Shown in pieces: positions 25,035-33,721 of a DNA stretch of 64,000 bases; positions within the stretch are counted from its first letter, which is position 1; every line of letters starts with the position of its first letter. A program made the position numbers and the translations under genes. Source of the stretch: Pseudovirgaria hyperparasitica (Eukaryota); the NCBI GenBank assembly GCA_010093815.1, contig ML996565.1. The stretch is one strand, 5' to 3'. The notes beneath the pieces were generated by a model, which was not told the DNA's origin, did not search any database, and saw only the letters and a list, made by a program, of their open reading frames with translations.

Positions 25035-27022
25035 TGCGCGAACGGAGAAAGGGCGAGCTAATACTCGCAAGACTTTCTGAAGAGCGCAAGAGCGGTGGGA
25101 TGCAGCGGAGCGAAGGTAATTATTCAAATAGTTGAAGCGAAGATCGGTGATCAGCACACAGTACTATGTACAGAACCAGTGAGCAATTGGGCGAGGGGAG
25201 GCGTGAGCGCTGGAAGAAGGGCCTGTGCGGTACGTCCTCAGGTGGTCATTGGCTGAATGGATGGGTTCGTGGGTGAGAAAGTTGGAAAGCCGGTGGAGGG
25301 GGGTAGTGGTGCAGCTATACGAAGTAGCACAGCAGGACGCTACAGTATGACGTTCGGCGGGGAACAAGCAGAAGACGTTGACGAGGCAGAGAGGTTGTGG
25401 ACTGACGGAAGAGTGTGTTATGAAGAAGAGAGAGTCGGGGAGAAGAAGAGAGAGAGGAGAGAGGTTGAGGGTTGAGTGTGAGAGAAGAGGGCGGTTCTGT
25501 GGTAATAGTGGAAAGAACTGGACGTGGACCCTTGGCCGCGCCTGCCTTGGGATGGACCCTGACTGACTGACTGACTGCCAGTGAGTAATTAGTGAGTAGT
25601 ACGTAGTGAGTACTGTGTAGGAAGTAGTAAGCAGTGAGTAGTAATATAGTAGAGTGGAGCCGGTGGGCAGCGCACGTAATATTAAGAGTGAGCGACAACG
25701 GCAGTCTATTAGCATGAATGTTAATCATTGATCATCTTCCGTTGCTACATATCTCTCTGCAGAGATTCACTCTCGACGGCCTCGTTCGGATACATGCAGC
25801 TGTCGTAATTCTGTAGAACACGAGACCAGCCTGATGATATATGATGATAGTCAAAACCCTTGGCTTGACACGAATGCGACCAATTCTCCACGCTTAAGCA
25901 AAGCAAAGCAAGAGATCGGGCTCGCCCAGTGACACCACACCTGCGACTCCATCTCAACTGAGCAAAGCGTGCGAGCAGAAAGCTGAGAACGGTGTAAGGG
26001 TCGACGAGACACTGTTGCTCACGCTTCCAAGTATTAACGGTCGGTATTCACTGTACATCTGTCGTCGCCAAACACACGCCAGTCAGTGTGTCTTTGTCAA
26101 GTTTGTCTTCGATCCCAACCGCCTCATGCCCATCATTTTCCCCTGGTCCACACTCGCTCCTCAGCTTGAGCTTGCATCCCTCTGCTTGATCCAGATTTTT
26201 CGAGACCGTCGCGTCTAAATACCCTTTCGCATGACCAGAACGTACGGAATTTGAGGTATGAAGTGGCAAGTGGCCGTCTAGTACTCTGTTAGTCTCCTGC
26301 AAGCCATCGCCCTTATGCACCCAGAGCCGGGCATTTCGCTCCTTCAAAATGGCACTATCCGAGTCCAGGTAATTATAGCCCAGCTATGTGTATGTACTGC
26401 TCGACTTTATGCGCCTCGGCGGGTCCTGTATGTACATGGTTCATGGTGTGTGATTCCTCTTCTAGTCACGAGTCTGGTGCATATATAGCATATACTGTGG
26501 CATGTAGCATATCCTGACGTACAATAAAGGTTTGACCGACTTCTCTTCTGTTGTCTCAAACGTGTCTCTGAAAAAGCATATGTTCATGGCCAATCTGAAG
26601 TAAATTGCTAGGCCGAAGCAATATAATAAATCATTAAATAAGTATAAAGTTGTTGCATGAAATTGTCTCACAGCCGGCAGCTCTCACTCCACTAAGTTCG
26701 GGCACCAAAACTTGAAGCTGCCCCGCCCGCCCTTGTCCTCGAGCCTCCCTGCAAACTTCTACCAACCAATTGATAATCGTCCTGACCACCATTGCAACAC
26801 TACATTATTATAATAACACAACAATGGCTACCATCTTGTCATTTTGATGAGCTTGGGCTCAATAGCCTCACCATGTCGTGCCACCAGACACTTGTGTGAT
26901 ACTCTTGACCTCTTTCAACAACCTCAACATATTGGCCGTTGGTTAGGCTGTTGAAGCCGTGATCCAAGCAATTATTGCTTTCAGTGCTCGCGTCAGCTTG
27001 ACCAGTGTTATATGCATTCAAC

Positions 27023-28924
27023 ATGGCGAACGTACATGAGTGGATAGATGGAACGGCGCACGACACGGCTCTGGGATATTTCAAATTCGAGTCTTACTTG
27101 CAGAGAACAGTGCGTCAAGGTGCTGTCTGCATCGACTTTCTCCTCCTGCTAACATACCGTGTGTAGCCGCCGCCTAGTGCGCAGCCAAAAGGCAGTCATC
27201 CATCCCAGGAGATAGAAGAAGGCTTCTACGACGTCAAATTCTACCCGTTTGGCCCGTACCCAATATTTGCAGCGACAGGCAGGCGTCTTGTAAGTCCATG
27301 CGCGAAACTCTATTCAAAAATATCATACTAAGCATGTCCTTATGAAAGACGATTGTCGTCTCAATAAACACCGAGAATAATGGTACAGAGATGCTAAGAC
27401 AATGGGAAAATCCGAAAGACGTCGAGGCAAGCCCAGCACTCTGTTCTGTTGTACATGAACTTATCCGTACGTTTAGGGCAAGTTCGACTCGAATAGCCTG
27501 ACCTGGTCAAAGGATATCGACACCGGAGATCCACTCCTGTGCATAGCAGGAACCGGTGGTGATATCAGGTGAGAAAACTTTTCTGGGCGATATGTTTTTA
27601 CGCAAGGCTAACGGTAACATATATTAGGATATATAATGTTATCACAGGAGCTTTAGTTCAGGTTAATGCCTCAGAAGCTTATAAAAACATTTGCCTTTGC
27701 AGCTGACCATTGGTGCTCTACTAGACCCTAGGCAACCACGGGGGAGTAAGTGTAGAAGATCAACAACCAGCCATACCTACTGACTGTATATTAAGAGCGT
27801 CAACGACTTGATAACTTCGCCTTTGGACCCTCGTATTATTGCATCGGCGTCTCAAGACCATTCCATTCACATATGGAATCTCGACAAGCGGGCTAGAAAC
27901 TCACCGTCTCAAGTAGTCCTAGGAGGCCCTCACACTGATGGTGTCCTGACCATAGTAAGCAATCGATCTACGACATAACAATGCACCATTAATGGCGAAG
28001 GATTTTCATGATAGTGGCAAGTTCCTTCTTTCCGGAGGACATGACACAAAAGTGTGCATGGTAGGTCTAGTCCCATCATTCATCAGGTGACCAAGACTGA
28101 CAAGCAACAGTGGAAATTACCCTCCGTTGACGCTGAAAAACCTAACCGTGCCCGTGGTCAAAACGTCCATTTTCCGGTGTTCGAAAGTACGGAGATACAT
28201 GCAGGCTACGTTGACTGGTATGTACGAGTTAAGCATCTTATGCCAACCCTCTAACAGCCAAAGCGTCAAATTTCACCACGACTTGATACTTTCAAAATGT
28301 TCAGTCGATCAGCCCAAGGATGCCAAGAAGGCCGACAGATCCGATAATTGCATCGTCTTATGGCGCATAGTCGACTTTCAGTCTGACCGAGACGACCCGC
28401 AGCTACCACCTTTTGTGAGGCCCGACAACCCCGAGTTCGTGAAGACGACTATCAACTACACGCGATCGGTGTGGGGCCGTGGTTTCGAGCGCCTGGCTCT
28501 CTTCAAATTGCGCAATTGCGGCCTCTTCTACAACCGTTTCGGCCTCTTCAATCAAGCAGACATGCACCCCATCCTTGCGATGGGAGACGAGGAGAGCCAC
28601 TATTACTTTTGGGATCTCCAGCGCATCGAGGAGGACCTCAAGGACGGGCTTGCTGGACGTCAAGACAGGGCAAAAGCGGGGCTGTTGACTGGCGATACCT
28701 ACAATAAGATTGAATGTCACTACAAACTCAACTGTCCGAACAGGAAGGCATATCTACACAACCGCGCCATCTCGTTTAGCAACGACGGCATGACGGCCGT
28801 CGGTGCTGGCGCGCTGGGGAACGAGTGTATGAACACTATCTTCCGGAGGCATGCAAAGGCACACGGGAAGAAGAAGAAGAAGACTGGCAGCGCGTCACAG
28901 ACTGCAAGCAAGTCGAGCCGCTAG
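27023..28924 (+). CDS. EED: Polycomb PRC2 WD40 subunit EED/ESC (10 exons; introns 27110-27166, 27290-27348, 27427-27476, 27569-27627, 27662-27724, 27746-27795, 27955-28000, 28061-28110, 28218-28263)
   Basis: Hand-spliced: FYDVKFYP..PIFAATG, LTWSKDIDTGDPLLCIAG, HGGSVNDL, IIASASQDHSIHIW, FHDSGKFLLSGGHD, VHFPVFESTEIHAGYVDCVKF..DLILSK, CGLFYNRF, HPILAMG..YFWDL. This is colinear with EED. Confidence 0.9.
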
Positions 28925-29436
28925 TCACAGCGGTGTCTCGCTGATTGAGAGCAAGTACGGATGTAGAGAGCTTTCTAAATATGTATGAGAGCTCGTCGAA
29001 TCACGCACACTGCTTTGAAAGCAACCTATAAACAACACTTTACTAGATAGTAATTTATCAGACACCAGCCAGAGCAAGCACTGAATGCAGAGCCAGCACA
29101 TGCCAACCTATAGCAACCCAAGGATACCTATACCCAGTGGATGAAAGCCAACGCAACAGAGTACTGTGGCGAGTTAACCAGGAAGGAACAAAGCAGGCTA
29201 ACATCTAATTATTACAACATTCGTTCAACACCAAGGTACAGTACAAGATAACATCTAGTATGCTAGTCTCAAAACAGTCTAGTCATCTCTCCAAAACAGC
29301 CTTATATCTCTTTTTTCCCACGTCTATTCCATAATACTAACTAACATCTTCCATGCCATAATTAACCTGCGCTACGTTACCCAGCACGCACACAATATCG
29401 CCAATTATTAACCACCACGCTATAGCTACACTCACC

Positions 29437-30684
29437 ATGAAAGCGATCTTAAGCAATATCCTAGGCGCCCCGGTCGCAGACGCCGAAGAAGGTAAGTACC
29501 TAATTCCGCAACTGTCCAAGGCACACTTAGCCATATATCCACCCAACCTCACCACCCCCTGTATACAAACCAATCCAAAATGCAAAACCCCACTAACCAG
29601 CCAAAAAACAAAACAACAGAATCCTTCCTCCTCTTCGCGCAGCCCATCCCCTCGCGCTCCCTCGGCTTCATCGACCCAAAGGCCCCCTCCCTCACCATCA
29701 CCATCGACAACACCGACCTCCAAATCGCGCAGAGCCCCAGTCTGCTCACGTCCAATCTGCCCGGCGGCACTACTGGTGCTGGTATGTCCCCCTCCCCCTC
29801 CCTTTTCTCCCCATGCCCCCTTTAACCCTTTCGTTCCCAATCTAACATCCATCCCCCCTTTTTTGGGGGGGGAGGGGAAACGAAAAGTCCTATGGTCCAT
29901 CACACCACTCCTCGCATCATGGCTCGTCCATCCGCGCAACCCACTATTCGCCGCTCTCGTAACGTCGACATCGACGGTTCTGGAGCTGGGAGCGGGCATC
30001 TCGGGCTTGCTTGCGCTGACGCTGGGGGCGCGTGTGGGGCGCTATGTGGCGACGGACCAGGCGTATGCGCTGCGGCTGCTGCGGGCGAATGTTGTTGCGA
30101 ATGTTTCTGCGAATCGAGTGGATGGGCGGGGGAAGGGGAGGGGGAAGGGGAAACCGAGGTCGAAAGGGGCTAAGGGGAGCGGCAAGGGAAAGGGAGGCAG
30201 TAGTAGTAGTAAGGGTGGAAATGGAAAGGGGGCAGAAAAAGACGAAGAAGACGAAGAAGAGGGCGAAACAGGCAACGTGCACATCGTCCCACTAGACTGG
30301 GAAACCACAGACGTCGGATCGCTGGTCCACGGCGTGCTAGGCCTGCAGACGGGCGTGGACGTCGTAGTTGCGTGTGATTGTGTGTACAACGATGCGCTTG
30401 TGGAGCCGTTTGTGAGGGCTTGTGTGGAGGTTTGTCGGTGTCGGGATGCCCGCCAGGATGCCCATGAAGATATGCAGAACGAAGAAGAGGAAGAAGAGCA
30501 GAAACAGACGGTGTGTATAGTAGCACAGCAACTGCGATCGGCAGAGGTGTTTGAGGCGTGGCTAGGGCGGTTCATGCGTGATTTCGAGGTGTGGAGGGTG
30601 CAGGATGATTGGGGTGGAGTGGAGGGGTGGGGACTTGGGGAGGGGAGTGGGTTTGTGGTGCATGTTGGGGTTTTGAGGGGGTGA
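29437..30684 (+). CDS. RKM5: Seven-beta-strand protein-lysine methyltransferase, Rkm5-like (introns 29492-29619 and 29782-29887)
   Basis: Spliced EEESFLLF, IAQSPSLLTSNLPGGTTGAVLWSITP, motif I VLELGAGISG, YVATDQ, LDWE, VVACDCVYN, VAQQLRSAEVFEAWL. Confidence 0.82.
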   Translation: MKAILSNILGAPVADAEEGKYLIPQLSKAHLAIYPPNLTTPCIQTNPKCKTPLTSQKTKQQNPSSSSRSPSPRAPSASSTQRPPPSPSPSTTPTSKSRRAPVCSRPICPAALLVLVCPPPPPFSPHAPFNPFVPNLTSIPPFLGGEGKRKVLWSITPLLASWLVHPRNPLFAALVTSTSTVLELGAGISGLLALTLGARVGRYVATDQAYALRLLRANVVANVSANRVDGRGKGRGKGKPRSKGAKGSGKGKGGSSSSKGGNGKGAEKDEEDEEEGETGNVHIVPLDWETTDVGSLVHGVLGLQTGVDVVVACDCVYNDALVEPFVRACVEVCRCRDARQDAHEDMQNEEEEEEQKQTVCIVAQQLRSAEVFEAWLGRFMRDFEVWRVQDDWGGVEGWGLGEGSGFVVHVGVLRG

Positions 30685-31882
30685 GGACTCAGGGAGGGAT
30701 TGAGCGGAGCGAGGACTGTGGTGTTGAGATGCTGCAGAGAGGTATTGCTATGGTTTCGTGTTGTTGAGGGTTGAGTGTATGTGATAGTAGGGAGGTGTCT
30801 CTGTTTTGCAGTCTGGCATACTGGCGTATACATATATGGCTGCCGGGACGTGTTCTTGTCTTCGTTGTTGTATCCCATGCAGGGTGCGTCTCGCTCTTTC
30901 CTCACACGTAATATTTGGGTCTACCTCTTCTGCGCCTGCCGTGCGTGGCTCTACTTATAAGGGCTCTTGCGCGCGACTTCAGTGCTTCGTGGTGCTTCCC
31001 TGAGGACTGTCTGGCGAGCACTGCAGTATGTAATAGTGAGTATGACGCAGCCGGACATCTGACGTCACATGACAATATCAGATTAAAGTCTGTTTACACA
31101 ACAGACATGGCGAAGAGAGGTAGAGCAATAAAGTATACGAGAGCGTGAATAGTTGCTATAGGATAGTATAGTACTATGCCAAGGTCTTCTCAAGTAGACA
31201 GCGACTTCGGAACAAGAAAAGTCTCGCCTTTGGTACGATCTGAGACAAGAGCTTTAGCATGGTTTTCCTGGTATATGCAAGGAAATAGCTCTGCGTGTTG
31301 GTGTTTGCGGAGTAGAAGAGGGTGAGACGACGAGGCGATGAGAGGAGGACTAGGGAAAGAATAAAGTAAGAGTAGGTTGTGACTCTTACTGACGTGAGAA
31401 AGAGAGAGAGAGGAAAATGACATGACAGACAGATGATGAGGCCAGACACAAGTAAGGCTGTAAGGCAACAACAGCACGACGGAAGATGTCAGCGATGATT
31501 AGATGATGTGATAGAGTGACAGCAATGGCAAGGCAGAAAGAAAGAATCAAGAAGCAAGGGAAACAAGACGGTAGCAGGGTTGATGATAACGAACTGGATA
31601 GACGGAGTAGACGGATGTTTGCGGGGAAGCTGAGCCGGATAAGAAGAAGGCTGGCATGTCAGTAATTACCAGTCCATATTATATGTTACCATGTTTACCA
31701 TGTTAACATGTTAAATTACCCATGTTTTCACGTAAGCTGGGGAAGGGCTGCCCGTGTTGCCGAGGGGATTCGGGTGGCTTGATTGGCTGGAGCTGGGACT
31801 ACATGACACGCTGTTCCGTTCGCGGTAATGGTGGTGTGTCAGCAGGCACGCACCAGGCAGCACCCGCAGACAGTAGAAGTAG

Positions 31883-31905
31883 GCAGCAGCAGCAGCAGCA
31901 GCAGC
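31883..31905 (+). repeat. (GCA)n microsatellite
   Basis: Read directly. Confidence 0.85.
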
Positions 31906-32647
31906 GGCAGTAAGCAGAATAGTAGCTGGGTCTACCTGCGGACTCAGCGTCAAGTCAAGCACTCCGCCAGGAATAATGATCACGGACGCCATCATAGCTT
32001 CTCTGTCGACTCGTGCATATACCTATGCTGTGGTCGTGTATAAGAGAGTTGTAGCACGATATCATGCAGGAGAGGTCGTAGTGGTGGTATAGACAGGAAG
32101 ACAGACCAGCGTGCGCGCGCGCGTTGACAGCCTTGTTTGGAGCCCTTGGAGGTTGATGGGCGGGTGCTTCTTATACCTATTTGGAGACAAGAAGGGCCTT
32201 TTTCGCGCAGGCAGGCTCCTCTTGGGGGGACTATGGGAGGCTATTGGGGGCTATCCGGGGGCCTATTTTAGGGGGTGAAGGGAGGGGGGGAAAGTGTAGG
32301 GAATGGGCGCCACTAGGCGACTAATTAGCTGGGGCTCTGGGGCTTTGGGGTGCACTGTGCGATATTGGCGCACCAAGCAAGTCAAAGCAGGATTCACGAT
32401 TCGGGACGCTAAACTACTCAGTACCAATTAGTCCTGCTGCTGCCTGTGGCCGTCCATGTCTTATTGCCCTTAAATTACCGTAAATTACCTGTCTTTCAGC
32501 TGCCCTTGGTTGCGTTGAGTCTTGAGAGTGATTAATTAGTGCAATGTAATTAATTATTATGTGGAATGGGGAAGTGTCTCCGTGCTGCGCCCACCTGTGT
32601 GCATCCATCCTCTCTCTCTCATAATAACATAACCAAGTCATCATCAC

Positions 32648-32686
<39 letters not shown>
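32648..32686 (+). repeat. (TAT)~13 microsatellite
   Basis: Read directly. Confidence 0.95.
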
Positions 32687-33721
32687 CATTATTCCCTGCT
32701 CTCTTCGCTCTGATGACTCTGCATCCCCCCCTAGTCGCCGCCTTCGTGTCTTTGACGCTGTCGTTGTCCCTCTCGCTGTCCCTGCCGCTGTCCTTTCTTT
32801 TCTTATGATTATTATTACTATTGCCAGCTCATGCCTACGCCTGTTGGCTTGCTCGCTATTATATTAGTAGGTCCATGCAAATCATCATACACACGATCCA
32901 TCTCTCTCTATCTCTCTCTTTCTTAGCTATTCGACTGCCCAGTCTTGTCTTCTGTGATGGTCCACCCCTCCGACTCCCCAGCAGTGCGCAAATGCGAAAA
33001 TGCAAAGACGGGCAGAAAAGACGAAATCGCCAGACGCCCAAAGCGGACTAGCGCGCCTCCAGCTCCATCCACCCAATCATCTGGCTTCTTGCAATTTGGC
33101 CGCAACACCGTTCTGCTTCATCTGCTGGCCTGCCGTTTCCTTCCCCCTCTCCTCTCAACTGATTTTTCAATCCCTCTCGTCGCCAACTCCCTTCACCCCG
33201 ACCGCACGACGCTTTTTCTGCCTTCTCCAATTCACATTTCCCCAATCTCACCTTCTCTGACCTTTACTATCGCGCCTTCTACTCGAGTCTCGACCGTCCG
33301 ACCCTCTCCAGCCCTTCTGCCCCTTCGCCCGTCCTGCTCTCGCTCCTCGTCTCGTCACGACTGCACCCTCATCTATCCTTCGATTTCACCGTCAGATCCC
33401 CTTGTTATGATAAGACATTCGTATGGTCTCGTTTCGCCATCTTTCGATCAATTCTTGACCTCGCTGCGCTACCCGTTCGACTCGATCCACTCACTCACTT
33501 CGTCAACACCTTGAGCCACACCTTCCACCCTTGGCTCATCTCCTCTTCAATTCACCGTAATCGACCTCTGTCGGTCTCAGGACTCGATAGCTGTCGTTTT
33601 TTCTTGGCGCGCTCTCGCTGTTGTTGCGTTGGTCGCCATGCGATCCAGGTCAAGAACAGCTTGAGCTGCGTTTGAACCACACCACCACACCCTCGTTTCT
33701 TCATCTACCCTTCGCCGTATT

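Noticed and set aside
29437..30905. The uninterrupted 415-aa ORF as the true protein, and antisense ORF 30042-30905
   Set aside because: Two introns of 128 and 106 nt sum to a multiple of 3, and the conserved middle exon is in another frame. The antisense ORF is a low-complexity shadow.
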